Made by a program: the position numbers and the translations under genes. From contig CAVVVC010000003.1 in the NCBI GenBank assembly GCA_963751595.1, positions 70,034 through 134,033 of the forward strand: a DNA stretch of 64,000 nucleotides, in the 5' to 3' direction. The stretch's first letter is position 1. Every line of letters starts with the position of its first letter. This DNA is from an uncultured Gammaproteobacteria bacterium (lineage in GTDB: Bacteria; Pseudomonadota; Gammaproteobacteria; Pseudomonadales; JAHEGP01). The notes below the pieces were generated by a model. It saw only the letters and a program-made list of their open reading frames with translations. It ran no database searches and had not been told where the DNA came from. Shown one piece after another: positions 23,904 to 34,358 of this stretch.

Positions 23904-26045
23904 TTAGTCCAGGAGGTTGTCGGATAATATACGCGGCGTGATAAAGATCAAGGTTTCTGTCTTCTCTTTGCTCTGCGACGTGCGGCGGAACAAGCGGCCC
24001 AGGTAAGGAATGTCACCAAGGAACGGGGTCTTGGTTACCGAAGTCAGATCCTGCAATTGAAATACACCGCCCAGAACAATGGTTTCACCGTTGTCTACCA
24101 GAACCTGTGTCACCAGCTCGGTGGTATCGATAATCGGAATCTGTGAGTTGAATTCACCGTTGATAAATCCACCGACCTCATCCTGGTTGATCACAAGATC
24201 CATGATAATGCGATCATCCGGGGTAATGTTGGGGGTGACGTCCAACTTCAAAACCGCATCCTTGAACTTCACCGTGGTTCGACCGCTGGAAGAGCTCTCA
24301 AGGTAAGGCACCTGTTGACCCGACTTGATGGTAGCCTGCTGCTTGTCGCCGGTAATAACCTTGGGCTGTGAAACCACCTCACCCTCACCATTGCTTTCCA
24401 GGGCCGATAGCTCCGCAGTCAGGTTGAGCCGGTCACTGACATAGTCCACCGCAAAGGACGTCGCACCGGCTTGTTGAACCCCCAGGTCCACTACCAGAGC
24501 CTCGGGAAATACCAACGTTCCGGTTTCTCGAGCGATGACATTGGATGTCAGCGATCCGGATGCAATGGATGACGGATCTTCATTATTACTGGCTATCGCA
24601 CCTCCCCACTTGATGCCAAGGTCCTGGGCAAAATCCGAGTTGGCAACCACGATCCTGGACTCGATCATGACCTGACGAACCGGCACGTCGATCAAGCGCA
24701 ACAACCGGCGGATTTCCTCGATTTTCTGTGGAGTTTCAGTCACCAGCAAGGAATTGGTGCGTTCGTCCACGATAACCTGGCCACGGGGAGACAGGATGCT
24801 GCCGGTAGACTCAGCGCCGTCACTTGCCGCGCTCGACTGGAAAAGGGAGAACAGCTCGGAGGCATTGGCGTACAGCACACGAATATATTCGGTCTGCAAT
24901 GGCGCCAATTCTTCCAGCTGCTTGTTGGTTTCGATTTCCTGGCGTTCGCGCGCTGCAATTTCTGCGGCGGGCGCAACCATCAGTACGTTCCCCACCTGGC
25001 GCTTGTCGAGACCCTTGGTTTTCAGTACCAGGTCGAGCGCCTGATCCCAGGGCACGTTCTGCAGTCTCAGGGTTATTTTGCCCTTGACGGTGTCACTCGC
25101 GACCAGATTGAGCTCGGTGAAATCAGCAATCAACTGGAGCACTGCCCGCACTTCGATATCCTGGAAGTTAAGCGACAGCTTTTCGCCGGTGTACATGAAC
25201 TCGCTCTTGCGAGCCTCGATTTCTTCCTCAGCCAGCGGGCGAACACTCACAACATAAGTTTCATCCACCTGGTATGCGAGGTAGTCGTAGTCACCGGTGG
25301 GCTGGATCAGAAGTGTCGCTTCACCGTCACGCTCGTCAGCACTAATAGAAGTAACCGGTGTAGCAAAGTCGACCACATCGTAGCGGCGCTGCAGGTTCGC
25401 AGGGATATTTACCCCGGAGAAATTCACCGCGATATTGCGGCCCTGCTTGCTGACATCGACATCTACCGCAGGATCGGCGAGTGTCAGGAGAAGTTTACCC
25501 TCACCCTCCTCGCCACGCTGGAAGTCGATGGCAGTAATCTGATTGCCCGCACTGGAGGCAACGAACTGGGAATCGATATCCGCACGAGTCGGCTTCAGGT
25601 AGTCACGAGCACCCTCATCGCCGAGCACGACGTAGAGACTATTGCCCTCGACCCGGGTCTCGTAGCCGGTCATTTCAACCAGATTGACGATAACCCGGGT
25701 TCGACCAGAAGCCTCCAGAACCATGACGCTCTGCGCATTACTAAAGTCCAGCGTATGCTTCTTTTGGTCGAGATTGCTTTCGACGCCAGGCAAGTCCAGC
25801 GCAATCCTCGCCGGCTGGTCAATCGTATAGGATTTCGGCAAGGGCGGCGCCTCATCGAAATCGAGACGGATTTCGACCTTGTCGCCAGGTAACGAATTAA
25901 AATCGATACCGTCGATAGCCGCCGCCAATGCCTGCTGCACGGGTAACAGACCCATTATCAGCAGCGTCGAAAGACTCCGCGACATGATTTTAGATCGTTG
26001 AGATACTGTTGTTATTACACTGGTTTTCATGGCCACAACATCCAT
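23904..26045 (-). CDS. pilQ: type IV pilus secretin
   Basis: C-terminal secretin block ...TKTPFLGDIPYLGRLFRRTSQSKEKTETLIFITPRIL, N-terminal AMIN-like repeats, and position after pilMNOP. Alternative starts at 26030 (MKTS) or 25985 (MSRSLSTLL...). Confidence 0.93.
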   Translation of the reverse strand: MDVVAMKTSVITTVSQRSKIMSRSLSTLLIMGLLPVQQALAAAIDGIDFNSLPGDKVEIRLDFDEAPPLPKSYTIDQPARIALDLPGVESNLDQKKHTLDFSNAQSVMVLEASGRTRVIVNLVEMTGYETRVEGNSLYVVLGDEGARDYLKPTRADIDSQFVASSAGNQITAIDFQRGEEGEGKLLLTLADPAVDVDVSKQGRNIAVNFSGVNIPANLQRRYDVVDFATPVTSISADERDGEATLLIQPTGDYDYLAYQVDETYVVSVRPLAEEEIEARKSEFMYTGEKLSLNFQDIEVRAVLQLIADFTELNLVASDTVKGKITLRLQNVPWDQALDLVLKTKGLDKRQVGNVLMVAPAAEIAARERQEIETNKQLEELAPLQTEYIRVLYANASELFSLFQSSAASDGAESTGSILSPRGQVIVDERTNSLLVTETPQKIEEIRRLLRLIDVPVRQVMIESRIVVANSDFAQDLGIKWGGAIASNNEDPSSIASGSLTSNVIARETGTLVFPEALVVDLGVQQAGATSFAVDYVSDRLNLTAELSALESNGEGEVVSQPKVITGDKQQATIKSGQQVPYLESSSSGRTTVKFKDAVLKLDVTPNITPDDRIIMDLVINQDEVGGFINGEFNSQIPIIDTTELVTQVLVDNGETIVLGGVFQLQDLTSVTKTPFLGDIPYLGRLFRRTSQSKEKTETLIFITPRILSDNLLD

Positions 26046-26068
26046 CGTAGATTCAATACCTGATTAAT

Positions 26069-26593
26069 TTATTCTTGCAAGGCGATAGTTCTGGGACGTT
26101 CCACCCAGGTATCTCCGCCACCGGGAACGATTTCGGTCACATTGATTTCAGTTTCAGTCAAACCAACGATCTTGCCGTGATTGCGCCCAAGATAATTTCC
26201 GACTGTAACGGGGTGAACTGAACCCTGCCCGTCATTAATCAGCGCGTACATCACGCCACTCTTCTGGATATGCCCTACCAATGAGAGCGATTCAACCGCA
26301 AAGGTTTCCAGGTATTCCCGCGTTCGGTCTTCATTGGGCTTGACACTGCTGACCGGCCCGACCAGCCTCGAGATTTCCTTGATCGCCATTGGCTTGGCAA
26401 AGGGCGAGCGATTAGCCATCACGCTGTACGTGTAGGACTTGTATGGCGGATAGATCGGTATCGGCTCTATCTGCTTTTTCGGACGCGACTTCACTTCTTC
26501 CATGAACTGCTTGATATCTGCATAGTCGTCTCCAATGCATCCCGTTAAAAGCAGGGGCAGAAAGAGTGTAAATGTTAGTGTTTTACGATTCAT
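26069..26593 (-). CDS. pilP: type IV pilus assembly lipoprotein
   Basis: Lipobox LLLTGCIGD; 174 aa; lies between pilO and pilQ. Confidence 0.85.
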   Translation of the reverse strand: MNRKTLTFTLFLPLLLTGCIGDDYADIKQFMEEVKSRPKKQIEPIPIYPPYKSYTYSVMANRSPFAKPMAIKEISRLVGPVSSVKPNEDRTREYLETFAVESLSLVGHIQKSGVMYALINDGQGSVHPVTVGNYLGRNHGKIVGLTETEINVTEIVPGGGDTWVERPRTIALQE

Positions 26594-26617
26594 TCCCGTA
26601 TTTCCTCATGCCCCGAA

Positions 26618-27235
26618 TCAATCATCCTTGTAGCGATATGTCTTAGCCAGGACTTCCATCTTGAGTTCTCCAGCCTGGTTACCCCGTGCTTTTTCCCGCA
26701 CGATATTGAAATCATGCAAGGTGACGATTCGAGGCAGCGAAGATACACCGCTGACAAAAGCCCCGAAGTCGTGATACGTCCCGGTTGCCTCGATAGTGAT
26801 CGGCAGCTCGACGTAGAACTCCTTGCGCTGCTCGGGCTGCAGGCCGATAAAGTCCAGCACCAACCCGTTGTTAACACCGACATTTGAGATATCGTCAAGC
26901 AAACCCGGCACTTCTGTATCCTCCGGTAACTGGCTCAGCAATACCCCAAAGTTCTTCTCTATTTCTGCCATCTGCACACGGTAGGCTTCCAGGTTTGCCG
27001 CCTCTTCAGCGCGACGCTCATAGAGCTTCCGCAGATCGACTTCCCTGGTTTGCTCCTGCGCCAGTAATTCCTGTTGCGCTTTTACTACCATGAAGTATCC
27101 GGCGGCGAGAATCGCTGCAAAGGCCAGCAGCCAAACCAGAACTTTGATAGGAGTCGGCCAGGTGCCGAGGTTTTCCATGCTGAGGTCATCAAAATCGACT
27201 TCGCGCAGGGACCGAAATGTATCAGCTATTGCCAT
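26618..27235 (-). CDS. pilO: type IV pilus inner-membrane alignment protein
   Basis: Single TM helix (VLVWLLAFAAILAAGYFMVV), a coiled coil, and ...GTYHDFGAFVSGVSSLPRIVTLHDF typical of PilO. Confidence 0.9.
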   Translation of the reverse strand: MAIADTFRSLREVDFDDLSMENLGTWPTPIKVLVWLLAFAAILAAGYFMVVKAQQELLAQEQTREVDLRKLYERRAEEAANLEAYRVQMAEIEKNFGVLLSQLPEDTEVPGLLDDISNVGVNNGLVLDFIGLQPEQRKEFYVELPITIEATGTYHDFGAFVSGVSSLPRIVTLHDFNIVREKARGNQAGELKMEVLAKTYRYKDD

Positions 27236-27263
27236 TGGCTATTTTCTCCGTTTGTCCCTACTT

Positions 27264-27871
27264 CTAACTTCTTTTCTTGCTTCTGGACGATTTTTTCTTC
27301 TTTTTCGTACTCACGACTTCTTCGTCCTCACCTGGCAGCACCAGCTTCACAGACATGGTGAAGTCACTGGCCTGCTCACCGTAACCCGGATTGGCTTTGA
27401 CCTGAGTCAGGTTTGGATTTTCAAACCACTCGGACTGATCGAGTTTGCGCATCAGACTGGAAACACGGTTATTGGACTCAGCGGTACCTTCGATGCTTAG
27501 CTGTTTGCCCTTCAGTGCAAGATTGGTAAAGTAAACGCCCTCCGGGAGCGATGTCACCAATTCGCTGAATACCCGGGTAATCACCGGCCGGTTGCCCTGC
27601 AGATTTTGGATAATCCTCATCCTTTCAAGCAGCTCGGCGCGGCGCGCCTTCAGCTCCTTGATTTCCTTGACCTGTAATTCCAGGTCGGATATGTGCTTCT
27701 GCAAGAAGGCGTTGCGATCGCGCTGATTATCGATTGATAAATTCATCAGCAACCATGCAAGCCCGACACACAACAGGGCCGCGATCGAAACCGCACCCAG
27801 TAAAGCGAAAAACTCTTGCTTTAGCGCCTTACGGCGCTCTTCTCGCCATGGCAGTAAATTGATATTAGGCA

Positions 27872-27872
<1 letters not shown>
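27264..27872 (-). CDS. pilN: type IV pilus inner-membrane alignment protein (Lys-rich C-terminal tail)
   Basis: MPNINLLPWREERR is the canonical PilN N-terminus. Its ATG overlaps the pilM stop (TAATG at 27870-27874). The protein ends ...STKKKKKSSRSKKRS. Confidence 0.9.
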
Positions 27873-28975
<1,103 letters not shown>

Positions 28976-29110
28976 TTATGATGAATTAAGTAAATATCAC
29001 GATCCGCAATAGCGCAAATGATTATCGGAGGAAAATAGGCTTATAATGGCCGCCGCGAAACATTGATTGCGAAACTGTGAAGCTGATTCTCCTGAAGCCA
29101 AGACTACCCG

Positions 29111-31513
29111 ATGATCAAATCTAAGAGCCTTTTCAAGTACCTTGCCTGGCTGCTTGCGGTATGCGCCGCCGGCGCCGCAATGGTCGCGGCAGGCGTCTAT
29201 CTATACCTTAGTCCTAAATTGCCGCCTGTTGCCACCCTGAAGGACATTCAACTGCAGATTCCCCTGCGGGTGTTCTCATCGGACGGAGTGCTGATCGGCG
29301 AATTTGGCGAGAAGAAGCGCACCCCGGTTACCTACGATCAAGTACCGGCCAACCTGATCCACGCCATTCTCGCAGCAGAGGACGATACTTTCCTCGAGCA
29401 CCACGGGGTAGACCTCAAAGGGCTTTTGCGGGCAGCCGGCGAGTTGGCCTCCACGGGCAGCATTCGCTCCGGCGGTTCCACGATTACCATGCAAGTCGCC
29501 AAGAATTACTTTCTTAGCCGCGAGCGCACATTTACCCGCAAGTTCACAGAAATCATGCTGGCCTTGCAGATCGACCAGCAATTGAGCAAGGAAGAGATCC
29601 TGGAGCTCTACTTCAACAAAATCTATCTGGGCAATCGCGCCTATGGAATCGGCGCAGCGGCCCAAGTGTATTACGGCAAGAGTATCGATCAACTCGACCT
29701 CGCGCAGCTGGCGATGATCGCGGGCCTGCCGAAAGCCCCGTCGAGCTTCAACCCCCTGGTCAACCCTGCTCGAGCCCTGGAGCGTCGCAACTGGATACTC
29801 AGCCGCATGAACAAGCTCGGCTACATTGACGCCCAGGAGTTGGAAGTGGCGCAGAGCGCGCCAATCACTGCCAGTTTACACAGTGACAGACTGGAGCTCG
29901 CCGCACCATGGGTGGCAGAAATGGCTCGGTCGCATATGGTACGCCGCTACGGCTCCGATGCCTACACCAACGGGTATCGCGTCTACACCACCGTCGACAG
30001 CAAATTGCAGACGCGCGCCAATGAAGCGGCCCTGCGGGGCTTGCTGGCTTACGACAAGCGCCATGGCTATCGCGGCCCCGAGTCGCGATTACCGACGGCA
30101 AAAGGCCAGGACGGCACTCTACCGCTGGAAGACTGGCAAGCCGCTTTGGCCGACCTGCCGATTATCGGGGATCAACAGGCTGCGGTGGTCACCAGTGTGG
30201 ATAAAAAAAGTATCTCTGTCCTGCTGGCCAATGGCGATACCGTTGCTCTGGCCTGGGATGCTGGCCTTGCAGACGCAAGGGCCAAGATCAATGAAGACAG
30301 CCTGGGCAAACCCCCACAAACCGCAGGAGATCTGCACGCGGTGGGAGATGTCGTTCGCATCCATCAGGCTAAAGGCAAATGGCGACTGGGGCAGGTTCCT
30401 GAGGCCCAGGCAGCACTGGTTTCACTGAGACCCCAGGACGGCGCCGTACTCGCCATGGTCGGCGGACTGGACTTCGAAAAAAGCAAGTTCAATCGAGTTA
30501 TTCAGGCCAAACGCCAACCAGGCTCCAGCTTTAAACCTTTTCTCTATGCAGCTGCGCTGGAAAACGGCTTTACCGCCGCCAGTATTATCAATGATGCTCC
30601 GGTGGTGTTTGAGGATGACCGGCTGGAGGCGACCTGGCGACCGGTCAATGCCAGCGGCAGGTTTTACGGGCCCACGCGATTACGCAAGGCCCTCTACCTG
30701 TCACGGAATCTGGTGTCCATCAGATTACTTCGCTCTATCGGGGTACAGCCCGCCGTTGATTACGTGACTCGCTTTGGCTTCAAATCTTCCGATCTGCCGA
30801 AAGATTTGTCTCTGGCACTGGGCACGCTGACAGTCAGCCCGATGGAACTGGTTCGCGCCTACGCTGTGCTGGCAAACGGGGGTTATCTGGTGAAGCCCTA
30901 TGTAGTGGCAGAAATTCAGGATATCGATGGCAACATCCTGGTCACCGCCAGGCCTGCGGTCGCCTGCAGCGATTGCGCTCAACCGCGTGAGCCAGGTGAT
31001 GGCGAAATTGTGCCTGCAAAACGGGTGATGGAGCCACGAACCCATTACCTGATGAATTCCATGCTCGGGGACGTCATTAAACGCGGGACCGCCACCAAGG
31101 CCCGGGCACTGGGGCGGGGCGACATCGCGGGCAAGACCGGCACCACAAATGGCCCGACGGACGCATGGTTCTCTGGCTACAATCGTGACATCGTGACAAC
31201 CGTCTGGCTGGGCTTCGACCAGAACGAGCATCTGGGCAGAAGAGAATATGGCGGCACCGCAGCACTACCAATATGGATGGATTTCATGGGCTTCGCACTG
31301 GAGGGTAAACCGGAACGCAGCTGGGAGCAGCCCAACGGCATGACAATGGTGCGGATCGACCCGGTTTCGGGACTGCTGGCACGCCCCGGCCAGCAGGACG
31401 CGATATTCGAGATATTTCGGTCCGAACTTGCCCCCACGGAATACGCAGAGACAGGCTACGGTGGAACAGGCGCCTCAGGGGGAGAAGAACTGCTGGAAGA
31501 AGACCTCTTCTAG
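29111..31513 (+). CDS. mrcA: penicillin-binding protein 1A (bifunctional glycosyltransferase/transpeptidase)
   Basis: GT51 motifs AAEDDTFLEHHGVD and GGSTITMQVAKN; transpeptidase motifs SSFKP (SxxK) and GKTGTTN (KTG). Confidence 0.95.
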   Translation: MIKSKSLFKYLAWLLAVCAAGAAMVAAGVYLYLSPKLPPVATLKDIQLQIPLRVFSSDGVLIGEFGEKKRTPVTYDQVPANLIHAILAAEDDTFLEHHGVDLKGLLRAAGELASTGSIRSGGSTITMQVAKNYFLSRERTFTRKFTEIMLALQIDQQLSKEEILELYFNKIYLGNRAYGIGAAAQVYYGKSIDQLDLAQLAMIAGLPKAPSSFNPLVNPARALERRNWILSRMNKLGYIDAQELEVAQSAPITASLHSDRLELAAPWVAEMARSHMVRRYGSDAYTNGYRVYTTVDSKLQTRANEAALRGLLAYDKRHGYRGPESRLPTAKGQDGTLPLEDWQAALADLPIIGDQQAAVVTSVDKKSISVLLANGDTVALAWDAGLADARAKINEDSLGKPPQTAGDLHAVGDVVRIHQAKGKWRLGQVPEAQAALVSLRPQDGAVLAMVGGLDFEKSKFNRVIQAKRQPGSSFKPFLYAAALENGFTAASIINDAPVVFEDDRLEATWRPVNASGRFYGPTRLRKALYLSRNLVSIRLLRSIGVQPAVDYVTRFGFKSSDLPKDLSLALGTLTVSPMELVRAYAVLANGGYLVKPYVVAEIQDIDGNILVTARPAVACSDCAQPREPGDGEIVPAKRVMEPRTHYLMNSMLGDVIKRGTATKARALGRGDIAGKTGTTNGPTDAWFSGYNRDIVTTVWLGFDQNEHLGRREYGGTAALPIWMDFMGFALEGKPERSWEQPNGMTMVRIDPVSGLLARPGQQDAIFEIFRSELAPTEYAETGYGGTGASGGEELLEEDLF

Positions 31514-31679
31514 CAGGCTTCCGGAAAAGGCTTGCCGGGCGACGGCCCCCAATCCGACCCCTGTCTCAGCACCCTGGCTAATTTGGATAAACCGTCCGCT
31601 AGCGCCGCCAAGCCTGGCCGGCCCTCTGCCCGCAGCAAACGAGCACCGACAAGGCTCGGCATTACCCCCCCGGCGACAA

Positions 31680-32930
31680 CTATATTGGATAATGCTCTGG
31701 ATAAGCTTTCCGAGCCACTCCCGTTTCTACTGCAGCGCGCGCAACCGCATCGCTGACAAAACTCATCAAGCGCGGGTCCATTGGTTTGGGGATGATATAT
31801 TGGGGCCCGAAGCTCAATGCAGCTTCGTCGCAGGCGTCGAGCACGGATTGCGGAACTGGCTTGCGGGTAAGGTCGCAAAGCGCCTTCACCGCAGCGACTT
31901 TCATCGCAGTATTGATTTCCCGCGCCCTGACGTCGAGTGCCCCGCGAAAAATATAGGGAAAGCCGAGTACATTGTTGACCTGGTTGGGATAATCGGAGCG
32001 ACCGGTCGCTATAATCAGGTCATCTCTTGTCCGCAGCGCGACTTCCGGTGAAATCTCGGGGTCGGGGTTGGAGCAGGCAAATACCACCGGCCGGGGCGCC
32101 ATGGTCTTGAGAACCTCCGGCATCAACAAATTGGAACCGGACAGGCCGATAAAGACATCCGCACCGTTGCAGGCATCCGCCAGGCTGCGCGCAGCGGTAT
32201 CGTTGGCGAATTCGGCCTTGTACTGATTGACCCCATCTCGCCCGGTATAAATCACACCCCGCCGATCCAGCATCAATATGTTTTCCCGGTGTGCACCCAT
32301 CTCTACCAGCAATCGCATGCATGCGATTGCGGCCGCACCCGCGCCAAGGCACACGATACGCGCGTCGGGAAGCGTTTTTCCCTGTATTTCAAGCGCGTTA
32401 AGCAAGCCAGCAGCCGTGACGATCGCGGTACCGTGCTGGTCATCATGAAACACCGGAATATCACATATGTCGACCAATTGGCGCTCGATTTCAAAGCATT
32501 CGGGGGCGCGGATATCCTCGAGATTAATACCGCCGAAGGTATCGGCGATACTGGCTACTGAATCGATGAAGCCCTGCATCGAGTCAGTCTTGACCTCGAT
32601 ATCTATGGCATCGATATCGGCAAAGCGCTTGAACAGCAGCACCTTGCCCTCCATCACCGGCTTGCTCGCGAGGGGCCCGAGGTTGCCGAGCCCAAGAATG
32701 GCGCTGCCGTCGGAGATGACCGCCACTGAGTTACCTTTTGCGGTGTACAGATACACATCATCGGGGTTTTCAGCGATGGCCCTGACCGGCGCCGCCACAC
32801 CGGGACTGTAGGCCAAGGCCAAATCCCGCTGGGTTTCAGCCGCCGTCGTCAGTTGAATCGCGATCTTTCCCGGCTTGGGCAGCGCATGATAATCCAACGA
32901 CGCTTTCTTCAGGTCACTCATGAAGGTCAT
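31680..32930 (-). CDS. maeB: NAD(P)-dependent malic enzyme (short form, no PTA domain)
   Basis: LALAYSPGVAAP, GLGNLGPLASKPVMEGK, FHDDQHGTAIV and GAGAAAIA align with the E. coli MaeB N-terminal half. The start could be 32921. Confidence 0.93.
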   Translation of the reverse strand: MTFMSDLKKASLDYHALPKPGKIAIQLTTAAETQRDLALAYSPGVAAPVRAIAENPDDVYLYTAKGNSVAVISDGSAILGLGNLGPLASKPVMEGKVLLFKRFADIDAIDIEVKTDSMQGFIDSVASIADTFGGINLEDIRAPECFEIERQLVDICDIPVFHDDQHGTAIVTAAGLLNALEIQGKTLPDARIVCLGAGAAAIACMRLLVEMGAHRENILMLDRRGVIYTGRDGVNQYKAEFANDTAARSLADACNGADVFIGLSGSNLLMPEVLKTMAPRPVVFACSNPDPEISPEVALRTRDDLIIATGRSDYPNQVNNVLGFPYIFRGALDVRAREINTAMKVAAVKALCDLTRKPVPQSVLDACDEAALSFGPQYIIPKPMDPRLMSFVSDAVARAAVETGVARKAYPEHYPI

Positions 32931-33021
32931 CCGTATGCAAAATGGGAACCAGAAAACAGGCGAAGTAGCATATAGAAATCACCTATGACCCACAAGCGTC
33001 GACGCCCCGGGCCCAGCAGGC

Positions 33022-33831
33022 TCAATCCAACAGTCGCAGGGCCGAGGGGTGGCGCAGCAGCAACACCCAGGGGCTGTAAGGTGGGCGGGCCGAGCGATGA
33101 TACATCCAGCCCCTCACCTCGAAGGCTCGCCCGGGCAAACGTTCGATCTCCCTCCGCTCGAACAACCCGTGGTCTGCAGCGGGAATACGCACCACGAAAC
33201 CGGCGTCAGTTTCCAGCCACCAGCTTTTATTCAATGAGACCCGCTCAACGCGACCGGACAAAACCCTGAAACCCGCGCGCGGTTCGGCGGACACGGCTGA
33301 ATCAAGGTATTGGCTGGACCAAAGGCCGCGCCCCTCGGCTCGCGCCTTCCCTTCGGCAGCACGATTACACTCGAGGTAGCCGAGATTGGGCGGGACCGCG
33401 ATTTGCCAGGCAAGACCTTGCGCTAAAAGATGCGCCGCCAGGCTGGCGCCATCCCCGGGGCGAAAGACGTGAGCCAAATAACGCCCGTGGCGATCTCTGG
33501 CTTCAACCCCGGGCTGAAGCACAATCGTGCTGGAATTCCGTAGAAAAGTTCTGGCGGCTATCGTCGCTTCATTGGCAAATGGGTCACCGTCGTGCCCGGA
33601 GCGCGCAAGCTCGGGCGCATTGTAGCCAATAACCCTGACCTTCCTGCCGTCGGCGAGAATGAGCGTATCGCCGTCATGCACATGACGCCAGGCGATCTCC
33701 TCACCAGAACCATCGTGCTGGCACAAAAGCTCAGTGGAATGTTCATCGCCCTTGATAAAGGGGGGAGTTCCCGCCGCCCAGCCCAACAACGCCAGGGCGA
33801 CAAGCACGCCCAAAAGTACCCTGTAGTTCAT
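33022..33831 (-). CDS. thermonuclease (SNase-like) family protein with C-terminal extension
   Basis: Signal peptide, then HVHDGDTLILADGRKVRVIGYNAPE ... DRHGRYLAHVF ... GLAW, an SNase-like pattern. Confidence 0.8.
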   Translation of the reverse strand: MNYRVLLGVLVALALLGWAAGTPPFIKGDEHSTELLCQHDGSGEEIAWRHVHDGDTLILADGRKVRVIGYNAPELARSGHDGDPFANEATIAARTFLRNSSTIVLQPGVEARDRHGRYLAHVFRPGDGASLAAHLLAQGLAWQIAVPPNLGYLECNRAAEGKARAEGRGLWSSQYLDSAVSAEPRAGFRVLSGRVERVSLNKSWWLETDAGFVVRIPAADHGLFERREIERLPGRAFEVRGWMYHRSARPPYSPWVLLLRHPSALRLLD

Positions 33832-33864
33832 GCCGCTGCTTGCGGGCGTCCGAATGCGCCGCGC

Positions 33865-34077
33865 TTAGGAGCCCGACCGCCTGCCAAAACGCTTGTTGAA
33901 GCGATCGATCCGGCCACCGGTATCAGACACCTTCTGCTTCCCGGTATAAAAAGGGTGGCAGGAGGAGCAAACTTCAATATGAATGTCCTCCTTCAGGGTA
34001 GAGCGCGTCTGTATGGTATTCCCGCAGCTGCAGGTTGCGGTTATTTCGTTGTAAGCTGGATGGATATCTTTCTGCAT
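33865..34077 (-). CDS. rpmE: 50S ribosomal protein L31 (zinc-binding type)
   Basis: [27 protein letters not shown]...[13 protein letters not shown]. Start trimmed to ATG 34077. Confidence 0.95.
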   Translation of the reverse strand: MQKDIHPAYNEITATCSCGNTIQTRSTLKEDIHIEVCSSCHPFYTGKQKVSDTGGRIDRFNKRFGRRSGS

Positions 34078-34358
34078 GATGCACACCTTGTCTATAGCGG
34101 ACACCGCCACCGAATCTTTGCCCGGCACCGTATCCTGGTGATGCCCTGAAAAAGGGCCGGCTCCCGAAGGACCGCGCATCATAACAGAAAATGCCGGGCT
34201 GACAAGCGCTCAACTCCCCAGCCCTCAAAGTCGCGTCCCCATGGTAGAATCCAGCCACGCTTCCCCCATTCCACCAACGATGACACAACGCCGGACAACG
34301 GTGCACTAGCCAACCGAGCTGCATCCGAGGCAAACCGCTTTCCCCGAGCCCGCAGTCA

